A stretch of 64,000 nucleotides of DNA. Source: an uncultured Gemmatimonadales bacterium (lineage in GTDB: Bacteria; Gemmatimonadota; Gemmatimonadetes; Gemmatimonadales; GWC2-71-9). The notes beneath the pieces are model-generated. The model had not been told where the DNA came from. It searched no databases and saw nothing but the letters and a program-made list of their open reading frames with translations. The position numbers and the translations under genes are program-made. Where the stretch lies: assembly GCA_963748815.1 (NCBI GenBank), contig CAVVKJ010000005.1, positions 256,001 to 320,000 on the forward strand, in the 5' to 3' direction. Shown in pieces: positions 55,718-64,000 of this stretch (its first letter is position 1; each line of letters begins with the position of its first letter).

Positions 55718-56398
55718 TCAGTCGGTCGCCTTCGCGAACAGCACCTTTTCCCAGAGGAACGCCGCCACGAGCGCCCCGAGGATCGGGCCGACCCAGTAGA
55801 CGCCCTGGCTGATCCACTGCCCGGAGACGAGGGCCGGGCCGAAGGCGCGCGCCGGATTCAGGGCGGCGCCGGTGAGCGACCCGCCGAAGAGGATGCCGAG
55901 GAAGAGGGTGAGCCCGATCCCGAAGCCCGCCACCTTCGGGGCCTCCGCCGAGACGGCGGTGCCGAGGACGGCGCTCATCAGGAAGAAGGTCAGGATCGCC
56001 TCGATGAGGATGGCCTGCCCGAGGGTGATGTTGGCGGCGATGGCGGGAGTCCCCAACGCGAGCACCTTGGTCACGCCGCCGGGAAGGAGCGACTTGAGCA
56101 CCAGCGCGGCAAGGGCGGCGCCGATGAGCTGCGCCACGACGTACAGCGCCGCCGACTTGGCGTCGATGCGCCGGATGGCCAGCATGCCGGCCGTCACCGC
56201 GGGGTTGAGGTGGCCACCGGAAATGTTCATCGTGGCGGTGACGCCGATGGCGAGCGCGATGCCGTGGGCGAACGCGATCCCGAGGAGGCCGAAGTCGGCT
56301 TTCGGGAAGTTGGTCGTCATCACGGCGCCGGCGCCGAAGAAGACGAGCATGAATGTGCCGAAGGATTCGGCGACCAGCCGACGGGACAAAGGATGCAT
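55718..56398 (-). CDS. Aquaporin (MIP family)
   Basis: SGGHLNPAVT and LNPARAFGP. Confidence 0.93.
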   Translation of the reverse strand: MHPLSRRLVAESFGTFMLVFFGAGAVMTTNFPKADFGLLGIAFAHGIALAIGVTATMNISGGHLNPAVTAGMLAIRRIDAKSAALYVVAQLIGAALAALVLKSLLPGGVTKVLALGTPAIAANITLGQAILIEAILTFFLMSAVLGTAVSAEAPKVAGFGIGLTLFLGILFGGSLTGAALNPARAFGPALVSGQWISQGVYWVGPILGALVAAFLWEKVLFAKATD

Positions 56399-56451
56399 CC
56401 TGCTACCTCGCGTATCGGGGAAGAGGGCCGTCCAGATGGCGGCGAATGTAA

Positions 56452-57696
56452 TCAGTCGATGCGGCGGAGCACCAGCGCGGCGTTGATGCCGCCGAACCCG
56501 AACGAATTGCTGAGCAGGTAGTCCGGCGCCGCGGTCCGGCCGCCCGTGGCAAGATAGTCGAGGTCGCAGGCGGGGTCGGGGTCCCGGAGGTTCAGCGTCG
56601 GCGGGAGCCAGCCGCGGTGGCTCGCCAGGGCGCAGATGGCCGCCTCGATGGCGCCGCTCGCGCCCAGCGCATGGCCGTAGTACCCCTTGGTGCCGCTGAT
56701 GGCCAGCCGCCCGGCGTGCTCGCCGAATACCTGCTTCAGCGCCCCGGTCTCGGTGGAGTCGTTCAGCGGCGTCGAGGAGCCGTGGGCGTTCACATAGCCG
56801 ATGCTCGCGGGCGCCACCCGGGCTTCCGCCAGCGCCAGGCGCATGGCGCGCGCCGCCTGCGCACCGTCGGCTCGGGGGGCGGTCATGTGGTAGGCGTCGT
56901 TCGTCAGCCCGTAGCCGCAGAGTTCCGCGTAGATCCGCGCGCCCCGCGCGAGCGCGTGCGCGCGTTCCTCCAGCACCAGCACCGCCGCCCCCTCGCCCAT
57001 CACGAAGCCGTCTCGCCCGGCGTCGAAGGGCCGGCTGGCGGTGCCGGGGTCGTCGTTCCGGGTGGACATGGCGCGGATGATGGCGAACGCTCCGAAGCTG
57101 AGGGGGGCGAGCGGCGCCTCGGCGCCGCCGGCGATCATGACGTCGGCGTCGCCCCGCATGATGGCGCGGAAGCCGTCGCCGATCGCGATGGTCCCCGAAG
57201 CGCAGCTCATCCCGTTGGTGCTGTTGGGTCCCGTCACGCCGAAGGTGATCGCCACGTTGCAGCTGGCCGCGCCCGCAAAGACCATCAGCGCCAGCCCGGG
57301 ATCCACCGCCCGGATCCCCCCGTCGACGTAGCGCGCGTGCTCCCCCTCCGCCATTCCGATTCCGCCGAGGGCGGTGCCCATCATGACCCCGACCCGGTCG
57401 CGGTCCTCCCGCGCCAGGTCGAGTTCGGCGTCGGCCACGGCCATCCGGCTCGCCGCCACGCTGAACTGGCCGAAGCGGTCGATGCGCCGCGCCTTCCGCT
57501 CCTCGATATGGTCGGTGGCGTGGAAGTCGTCCACCTGCGCGGCAATCCGCGTGCGGAACGGCGCGGGATCGAACCGGGTGATGGTTCGCACCGCCGACTC
57601 GCCCCGCTGCAGCCCCGCCCAGAGTCCCTCGACCCCGATGCCGATCGGCGTGATGGCGCCGATGCCGGTGATGACCACCCGCCGCGCGTCAGCCAC
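56452..57696 (-). CDS. fabF: Beta-ketoacyl-ACP synthase II (FabF-like)
   Basis: MSCASG (Cys), NAHGSST, GHALGASG and SNSFGFGG. Confidence 0.85.
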   Translation of the reverse strand: MADARRVVITGIGAITPIGIGVEGLWAGLQRGESAVRTITRFDPAPFRTRIAAQVDDFHATDHIEERKARRIDRFGQFSVAASRMAVADAELDLAREDRDRVGVMMGTALGGIGMAEGEHARYVDGGIRAVDPGLALMVFAGAASCNVAITFGVTGPNSTNGMSCASGTIAIGDGFRAIMRGDADVMIAGGAEAPLAPLSFGAFAIIRAMSTRNDDPGTASRPFDAGRDGFVMGEGAAVLVLEERAHALARGARIYAELCGYGLTNDAYHMTAPRADGAQAARAMRLALAEARVAPASIGYVNAHGSSTPLNDSTETGALKQVFGEHAGRLAISGTKGYYGHALGASGAIEAAICALASHRGWLPPTLNLRDPDPACDLDYLATGGRTAAPDYLLSNSFGFGGINAALVLRRID

Positions 57697-58153
57697 GGGA
57701 CGACTCGACCGCGCGGGCGAGCCCCGCCAGCGTGCGTGACGCGATCCCGTGCACGAAGACCGGCCCGATGACCCACTCGGCGGCCGGCACCCGGATCAGC
57801 GGCCAGTTCGGTCCGTCCCATGTGTGCACGATTGTCACGTCCGTTTCCGCGGGCCCGCGTGGCGCCACGCTCCAGAGCACGTCCATTCCCCGGGTAATGC
57901 CGCGGACATGCCGGTACCGGACCTCGCGGCGGGCTGCGTCGATCCACATCTCCGATTCCCACCACACCGGCCAGCCCAGCGGACCGAAGGGGCGCACCGC
58001 GGCCATCTCGACCACCCCGCCGTCGGCGCGCCGGCCGTTGAAGCGTACCCAGCGATAGTGGGGCAGCCGCTCCGGCCATCGTTCGACATCAGCGGCGGCC
58101 TCGAACATCTGCGCGGCGGGGGCACGGACGATGGCGCGGTCCACCGTGCGCAT
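57689..58153 (-). CDS. SRPBCC / polyketide cyclase-dehydrase family protein
   Basis: 'AADVERWPERLPHY' and 'YRHVRGITRGMDVLW'. Confidence 0.8.
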   Translation of the reverse strand: MRTVDRAIVRAPAAQMFEAAADVERWPERLPHYRWVRFNGRRADGGVVEMAAVRPFGPLGWPVWWESEMWIDAARREVRYRHVRGITRGMDVLWSVAPRGPAETDVTIVHTWDGPNWPLIRVPAAEWVIGPVFVHGIASRTLAGLARAVESSRG

Positions 58154-58872
58154 CAGCCCGTGCTCCAGTAGGCCACGACCCGGAAGCCGGGCCGACGGCA
58201 TACATGGGCCGAGTGGCCGGCACGGGCCACGAGCGCCGTCAACTCCCCGACGTCGTACCCCCGGCGCACCGAGGTGATCCCATCGGCCCGGGTCACCGCG
58301 TCGAAGCCGAGCAGCGCGCTGCCGATCCGGAAACTTGCGACCGCCAGTTCGGAACGCCGGAGGTCGGCCACCACCACGCCGATCCGCGCGAGCCGGCTCA
58401 CCGCACGGAACAGGTCGACCGCGGCGTCCGCCGCCAGGTGATGCGCCACCTGGCTGAGCAGGACGATGTCGACGGCGCCCGGGCGCACGGGCAGGTGCCC
58501 GGCGCAGCCGAGCAGGGTCGGGACCCCGCGCGCGGAGGCGAGTCGCGCCGCCACGGGGCTCCGCTCGAGGCCGAGAGCGCGCATCGACCGGCCGCGGCGT
58601 GCGGCGCGTTCCACTGCCGCCACCGGGAGGTCCCCCGCGCCGGTTCCGATGTCCAATAATGTCACGGGGTGGGCATGCCGTAGGGGCAAGGCATGCCTTG
58701 CCCCGACGGCACGCCGCAATAACTGGTCAATGCCCCACAGCGCGGCGGCGCGGCCGCCGAACCACCAGTTGGCGCGGGCGATGTTGCCCAGGGAACGCGC
58801 CACGACGGCGGGGTCGGCCCCGGGATCGTCGAGCAGCTCGGTGCCCAGCGGCGCCACGGCGGGGGCGGTCAC
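58153..58872 (-). CDS. SAM-dependent methyltransferase
   Basis: ELLDD, LLDIGTGAGD, HH and DGITSVRRGY. Confidence 0.82.
   Translation of the reverse strand: MTAPAVAPLGTELLDDPGADPAVVARSLGNIARANWWFGGRAAALWGIDQLLRRAVGARHALPLRHAHPVTLLDIGTGAGDLPVAAVERAARRGRSMRALGLERSPVAARLASARGVPTLLGCAGHLPVRPGAVDIVLLSQVAHHLAADAAVDLFRAVSRLARIGVVVADLRRSELAVASFRIGSALLGFDAVTRADGITSVRRGYDVGELTALVARAGHSAHVCRRPGFRVVAYWSTG
58672..58715. repeat. GTAG-type REP-like palindrome inside the methyltransferase CDS
   Basis: GGCATGCCGTAGGGGCAAGGCATGCCTTGCCCCGACGGCACGCC, a near-perfect inverted repeat. Confidence 0.75.
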
Positions 58873-59357
58873 CCGTGCTGGAGTCCGGTGTAGCCGCCGC
58901 GGAAGTACACCAGCGGCGCGCCATCGGTCGTGGCGCCGCGCACCACGCGGCCCACCACGATGGTGTGGTCGCCGCCGGGAAGGGTGGCGTGCGGCACGCA
59001 TTCGATCGAGGCGAGGACGCCGTCGAGCACCGGCTGGCCGCCCGGGGAGGTGTGGTATCCCACGCCGTCGAACCGGTGGAGGTGCTTCGTCGCGAAGCGT
59101 CGCGAGAGCGACTCCTGCGACGCCTCGAGGATGTTGATCACGAACCCCGGGGCGTCCAGCAGGCTCGCGTACAGCTCGGCGGCGTGGTCGATGCAGAGCG
59201 ACACCAGCGGCGGGTCGAGCGACACCGACGCCAGGCTGTTGGCGGTCATCCCGGCCGGCTCGCCATCGGGCAAGGTCAGTGTGACGATGGTGACGCCGGT
59301 GGCGAAGCGGCCGAGCAGCTGGCGGAAGTCGGCGGGGTCGAGGTCGGGCCGGCTCAT
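58869..59357 (-). CDS. Flavin reductase family protein
   Basis: FATGVTIVT, SVSLDPPLV and GGDHTIVVG. Confidence 0.9.
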   Translation of the reverse strand: MSRPDLDPADFRQLLGRFATGVTIVTLTLPDGEPAGMTANSLASVSLDPPLVSLCIDHAAELYASLLDAPGFVINILEASQESLSRRFATKHLHRFDGVGYHTSPGGQPVLDGVLASIECVPHATLPGGDHTIVVGRVVRGATTDGAPLVYFRGGYTGLQHG

Positions 59358-60571
59358 AGGATCATCCGGGTGAGGAAGCGTGGATTCAGGATGCGACCGG
59401 CGGGGACGAAGTCGCCGGTGACGCCGATGAGGGTATGCGCCATCTCGGGGTGGCGACCGAGCCGGCCGACCGCGCGATCGAAGATGGATGGAAGGTACAT
59501 CCCGAAGCCGATGAGCCGTTCGACCGCCCACTTGCCCGCGAACGCCTGTCGGCGGAGTTGCCGGTACGGGGCGAGGGCTCCGGCCCCGGGCACGCCCGGG
59601 CGTTCGAGCGCGCCGCAAGCCGTGTCCGCGGCCATTTCGGCGCCGCGGAGGGCGGAGTAGATCCCCTGGCCGGTAAAGGGGTCAAAGAAGTCCGCGGCGT
59701 CACCCACCAGCAGCGCGCCGTCGGTCGTGACCCGGCCGGCGCGGGAGGCGAAGGGGCCGGTGACCAGTACCTCGCGTTCGAGGCGGTGGCGATCGACACG
59801 ACCCCGCACCCCGGGAAAGCCTTCGAGAGCGGCGAAAAAGAAGCTCCGTGCGTCCCCGCGCGCGCCGGCCGCGAGAACCTGCGGCACCACGAGCGCCACG
59901 TTGTAGAGGTCGCCGCCGATCCGGTTGAGGCCGACGTAGCCGCCGGCTCCCACGTGCATCTCGGCAGTGGCGCCCATTCCACGCACCCCGCTCACGTGGG
60001 CCACGAGCGCCACCCGACGCGGGAGCGTGCTGATGCGGCGGCCGATGCGCCGCGCCACCAGGGAGCCGAGCCCGTCAGCTCCGATGGTCAACCGGGCGCG
60101 AATCGGGGAGTGTCGGCCGTCGGGTCCGCGCACGAGGACGCCGGCCACCGCCCCCTGGTCGTGGAGCAACCCCTCCACCCGGGTGCGCTCCCGCACTTCG
60201 GCTCCCGCCTCGCGGGCCGCCTGGACCAGCCGCGCGTCGAGGATCCGTCTCGGGAGCGAGAGGCCGGCCGGGCGGAAGGGCCGAGGCGTCGCCTCGCAGA
60301 AAAGTCCGGTGAGCCGGCTGCCGTGCGGGGCAACTACGGTGGTCCCCGCCAGCGCCACCGCGCCGGCGGCTTCGAGGTCCGGTACCACGCCGAGACGGTC
60401 CAGCAGGCGGACCGCCTCGGGACTCATGTATTCCGAGCACGGTTTGTCCCGGGGAAAGGCCGCACGGTCCACTACCACGACGCGCCACCCGGCACGCGCG
60501 AGGTGCGCGGCGGCGGCGCTGCCGCCAGGGCCGGCACCGGCGATCACGACATCGGCGTCGGTGGCGCTCAG
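59354..60571 (-). CDS. FAD-dependent oxidoreductase (geranylgeranyl-reductase-like); start uncertain
   Basis: GAGPGG, FPRDKPC, GADG and LVGDAADFFDPFTGQGI. Confidence 0.88.
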   Translation of the reverse strand: MSATDADVVIAGAGPGGSAAAAHLARAGWRVVVVDRAAFPRDKPCSEYMSPEAVRLLDRLGVVPDLEAAGAVALAGTTVVAPHGSRLTGLFCEATPRPFRPAGLSLPRRILDARLVQAAREAGAEVRERTRVEGLLHDQGAVAGVLVRGPDGRHSPIRARLTIGADGLGSLVARRIGRRISTLPRRVALVAHVSGVRGMGATAEMHVGAGGYVGLNRIGGDLYNVALVVPQVLAAGARGDARSFFFAALEGFPGVRGRVDRHRLEREVLVTGPFASRAGRVTTDGALLVGDAADFFDPFTGQGIYSALRGAEMAADTACGALERPGVPGAGALAPYRQLRRQAFAGKWAVERLIGFGMYLPSIFDRAVGRLGRHPEMAHTLIGVTGDFVPAGRILNPRFLTRMIL

Positions 60572-61338
60572 GGCAGCGGTCCGATCCAGCCGAACGCGAC
60601 CCACCCCGCGGCCGTGGCGGCCAGCGTCACCAGCGCGTTGACGCCGTCGTTGCCGAGCATGCTCCACCCTCCCATGTGCCGCGTGGGGTTCCCGCACCGG
60701 TGCCGCCGGCGTTCGCTCTCCTGGTCACACTGCGCACAGCGAAACCTGCCCTGCACGCCGGCACCGAGGAAGGAGTCGAGGAGCATCCCGGCCATGCCGA
60801 TTCCGAAGCTTACCAGTGCGCCGGCCCCTCCCACGAGCGGGACAGCCGACGCGCCGACGAGCGCGGCCCCGACGCCGGCGCCCGCCGTGCCGAGCAGGGA
60901 GACGCCGCCGCTGGTCCCCGGGGGCACGGGCTGGCCGGTGAGGATGTGCCGGGGAGGAGCGGCGCTGTGGGCGCCGATGCCGGTGGCCCAGGTGTCGGCG
61001 GCCGCCGCGGCGAGTCCCGCCGCGAAGGCGAGGAATGCCGCGGGGCCTCCCAGGAGGAGTGCCAGGGCGGGGGCGCCGCCGTTGGCGAGCACCTGCCGGG
61101 CGTCGCGCCGGTCGCCTTTGGAATCGAGGGTGAATGGGGGGCCCGGCCAGATCCGGGAAATTGCGCTGCTGGGCAGGAAGAAGGCGATCAGGACCACGCC
61201 AGCGGGCCACCCTCCCGCGCCGAGCGTCACCATTCCGACGCCGGCCGCGGCGATGGCGCCCGAGGGGGCCAGCATGCCGGCACGCCACGCGAGCGCCGCC
61301 ACGGCTCCCGCCGCCAGGGCGGCTGTTGCGATGCCCAC
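60568..61338 (-). CDS. DUF92 (TMEM19/VTE6-like) membrane protein
   Basis: RDARQVLANG, ADTWATGIG, GTSGGVSLLG, DSFLGA and NDGVN. Confidence 0.88.
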   Translation of the reverse strand: MGIATAALAAGAVAALAWRAGMLAPSGAIAAAGVGMVTLGAGGWPAGVVLIAFFLPSSAISRIWPGPPFTLDSKGDRRDARQVLANGGAPALALLLGGPAAFLAFAAGLAAAAADTWATGIGAHSAAPPRHILTGQPVPPGTSGGVSLLGTAGAGVGAALVGASAVPLVGGAGALVSFGIGMAGMLLDSFLGAGVQGRFRCAQCDQESERRRHRCGNPTRHMGGWSMLGNDGVNALVTLAATAAGWVAFGWIGPLP

Positions 61339-61340
61339 GG

Positions 61341-61589
61341 TCAGGCCGGGGAGTCGTTCCGGAGCGCCTGCCGGATGCGCGAGACGACGGCGTCGGGACA
61401 GCGCACTCCCCTGGCCGCGCGCTCGAGCGCCGCAAGAAAATTGCGCTCGAAGTGGGCGTGCTCGAGGCAGTGCCCGCAGGCGGCGAGATGGCCCGCCACG
61501 CGAGCCTGGTTGTCGGGGGTCAGCTCCTCTTTCAGGTAGTCCTGGAGCAGGAGCAGCGCCTCGCCGCAGTCGAGCTGTCGGTCGTTCAT
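61341..61589 (-). CDS. Zinc-finger (zf-HC2) anti-sigma factor
   Basis: MNDRQLDC...HLAACGHC (HxxxCxxC). Confidence 0.8.
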   Translation of the reverse strand: MNDRQLDCGEALLLLQDYLKEELTPDNQARVAGHLAACGHCLEHAHFERNFLAALERAARGVRCPDAVVSRIRQALRNDSPA

Positions 61590-62153
61590 GATGCCTTCCC
61601 CGGGCGCACGAGGCCCGCCTCGATCGCCATAGTCCAGCAGCGTCCCCTGCAATTGCTTCCGCGCGCGGAAGAGCCGGGACTTCACCGTCCCGACCGGCAC
61701 GCCGAGCGTGTCGGCAATCTGCGCGTAGCCGAGTCCCTCCACGTCGCTCAGGACTACGACCTCGCGAAACTCCTCCGGGAGCGCATCGATCGCGGCGAGG
61801 ATCCGGTCGTCCACCAGGGCGTGAAAGAACTCGCCTTCCGGGTCGTGCCCCGCCTCCGCGTGCACAAGGGCGTGCTGCTCCGCCACGTCGAGGTCCACCG
61901 TGACCGGGGCCCGGCGCCGCCGTCGGTAGTCGTTGATGAAGGTGTTCCTCAGAATGGTCAACAGCCAGCCGCGGGCGTTGGTTCCCTGGCGGAAGGTGTC
62001 CCAGGCGCGAAAGGCCTTGAGGACGCTGTCCTGGACGAGGTCTTCGGCGTTGGCGGGCTCCCCCGTCAGCCGCAGTGCCACGCGGTACATCAGGTCGAGA
62101 TGCGGGAGCACATCGTGTTCGAAAGCATCCTGGGTCGCGGGGGCGGGGGCCAT
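61586..62153 (-). CDS. ECF sigma-70 factor, probable 1-bp insertion near 61627
   Basis: AEDLVQD, WLLTILRNTFIN and GTVKSRLFRAR. Confidence 0.88.
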
Positions 62154-62269
62154 CGATGGAATTTCCCCGCGCGCCGCAGCGTTCGCAAGCGCCTCTGGTT
62201 CGCGAGCCGGTCCGTGGGTAACTTCTGCGCGTCTATGTCGAGGAACCCCCGTCCTTTCCCGCGCCAACG

Positions 62270-62899
62270 TTGAGCGACACCGAGGGCCCACCGGCCATCG
62301 TGCCGCTCAGCCTGCTGGAGGCGCTTCGCAACCTCGACACCCCGGTCGGTGACGGGCTCGAGGAAGTGGCGGGGGAAATCGTCGCCAAGCGCTTCGGCTT
62401 GAGCTCCACGGTGGCCGCCCAGATCCGGCGCTACGAGGATGCGTATCGCCGGGGGTTGCCGGTGCCGCTCGATGAGACCGTCGGCGTCTTCCGGCTGGTG
62501 GGACGCCGGCCCGATGCGGCGCTCGTGTACGCCGACGCCGGGCGGCGGGCCGCCCGGTACGCCGCCCGCGGAGTGTCCCTTCCTGCCCGGCTGCTCCTGG
62601 CCACGATGCCGGGGTTCATCCGCCGCCGGGTGGGCGCGAGGGCGGCCATCCGCGCCGCGCGCCGGGTGTTCTCCGGGTCGCTCGTCATCCGTGGCCGTTC
62701 CGCCGAGGCGACGATGGCCCGCCCGCTTTCCCTGCTCGCACTGCCCGAGGGGCAGGCGTGCTCCTTCTATGGCGCGGCGTTCGCCGAACTGCTCCGCGCC
62801 CTCACCGGTTTCGAAGGTGCCATGGTCCACATGCGCTGCCGGGGCCGGGGAGACGACACTTGTCGGTGGCAGGCCGCCGCCGCGGAGGGTTACTCATGA
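62270..62899 (+). CDS. Hypothetical protein with a V4R-like C-terminus
   Basis: 'CSFY.....ELL...HMRCRGRGDDTCRW'. Confidence 0.6.
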   Translation: MSDTEGPPAIVPLSLLEALRNLDTPVGDGLEEVAGEIVAKRFGLSSTVAAQIRRYEDAYRRGLPVPLDETVGVFRLVGRRPDAALVYADAGRRAARYAARGVSLPARLLLATMPGFIRRRVGARAAIRAARRVFSGSLVIRGRSAEATMARPLSLLALPEGQACSFYGAAFAELLRALTGFEGAMVHMRCRGRGDDTCRWQAAAAEGYS

Positions 62900-64000
62900 C
62901 CGCCCACGCACTCCCCGATCGCCGGCAACTGGCCGAAGGTCTCGACGCGGTCGGCGCCGACGGCTGGCTCCTCTTCGACTTCCACGGCCTCAATCCGGTG
63001 GCCGGGCGTGTGCTCGGGCTCGGCGGGATGGGGAGCCGCCGGCTCTTCGTCCTGCTGCCGAAGGAAGGGGAGCCGGTGGCGGTGGTCCACAAGATCGAGA
63101 TGCAGCCTCTCGAGGGGTTTCCCGGCAAGCTCCTTCCCTACGCCCGGTGGGAGGAACTCCACGCCGCGCTCGGTTCGATCGTGAAGGGCCGGACGCTGGC
63201 CATGGAAATCTCCCCGGACGACGCCGTCCCGTATCTCGACCGCGTCCCCCACGGGGTCATCCAGCTCATCACCAGGCTCGGGGGCACGGTTGTCCCGTCG
63301 TCCTCGCTGGTGACCCGCTTCGCGTCGCGCTGGAGCGACGCCGAACTGGCGGACCATCGCTACGCGGCGGAGGCGCTCGCCGACATCGCCCGGAGTGAGC
63401 TGGCCTGGGCGGTGACCCAGGGGGGCAAGGGGCTGACGGAGACGGCGCTGCAGGCGCGGGTGGTGGCGGCGATGGAGGGCCGCGGGCTGAAGCTGACGAC
63501 CCTCCCGATCGTGGGCTTCGGCGCCAACGCCGCCAATCCCCACTATGAGCCGGAGGCGGGCAGGGACGCCACGCTGGCCAAGGACCAGGTGATTCTCCTC
63601 GACCTCTGGGGGGGGAAGGGGAGCACGACCACGGTCTTCGCCGACCAGACCTGGATGGGGTACTCGGGCACCGCGGTGCCGGCCGAGGTCGAGCGGGTCT
63701 GGACCACGGTCCGGGATGCCCGGGACGCGGCGATTGCCGCCGTTCAGCAGGGGGCCAGAGAGGGGCGGGAGGTGGCGGGCTTCGAGGGGGACCGGGCAGC
63801 TCGCGGGGTCATCGAAGCGGCGGGGTTCGGGGAGTACTTCGTGCACCGGACCGGCCACTCGATCGACCGGGACCTCCACGGTTCGGGCCCGCATCTGGAC
63901 GATTACGAGACACATGACGACCGGAAGCTGATGCCAGGGGTCGGATTCTCGGTGGAGCCGGGCATCTATATATCTGGGCGGATCGGGGTCCGGAGCGAGA
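62896..64000 (+). CDS. M24 family (Xaa-Pro aminopeptidase) peptidase, 3'-truncated; not in the ORF track
   Basis: ATGA overlap; ANPHYEP, LLDLW, FADQTW, HRTGHSID, HG and FSVEPGIY. Confidence 0.9.
   Translation, partial: MTAHALPDRRQLAEGLDAVGADGWLLFDFHGLNPVAGRVLGLGGMGSRRLFVLLPKEGEPVAVVHKIEMQPLEGFPGKLLPYARWEELHAALGSIVKGRTLAMEISPDDAVPYLDRVPHGVIQLITRLGGTVVPSSSLVTRFASRWSDAELADHRYAAEALADIARSELAWAVTQGGKGLTETALQARVVAAMEGRGLKLTTLPIVGFGANAANPHYEPEAGRDATLAKDQVILLDLWGGKGSTTTVFADQTWMGYSGTAVPAEVERVWTTVRDARDAAIAAVQQGAREGREVAGFEGDRAARGVIEAAGFGEYFVHRTGHSIDRDLHGSGPHLDDYETHDDRKLMPGVGFSVEPGIYISGRIGVRSE

Noticed and set aside
61341..62291. Apparent ECF sigma / anti-sigma fusion (316-aa ORF)
   Set aside because: Removing one G near 61627 gives a normal sigma ending 'DYAIEAGLVRPGKAS*' whose TGA overlaps the anti-sigma ATG (ATGA). 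This is probably an indel artefact.

Overview
High-GC bacterial chromosomal window with about 65 genes. Gene content and protein style suggest Gemmatimonadota, which is an inference. Scattered single-base indels split several genes (two GT4s, ABM, acs, PAP2, a cytochrome b-like gene and others) and look like long-read errors. The standout locus is at 8379-17892. A four-gene operon there encodes a ferric-reductase-like di-heme b membrane protein, a 23-heme and a 30(+1)-heme secreted cytochrome c (the latter with seven 228-bp triheme repeats), and an outer-membrane beta-barrel. It is transcribed divergently from a membrane-anchored 2x[4Fe-4S]/FAD/NAD(P)H oxidoreductase. Together these form a candidate cytoplasm-to-exterior electron conduit. 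Other points of note are a SAM-II-like riboswitch before metH-yitJ, a FabF/cyclase/methyltransferase/flavoprotein/DUF92 cluster behind an ECF sigma and anti-sigma, a GTAG-type REP palindrome in frame inside a methyltransferase gene, a barrel plus His-rich domain fusion, an orphan WtpA-like protein, tandem kup paralogs and ccmABCD. No rRNA, tRNA, CRISPR array, transposase or integrase was recognised.
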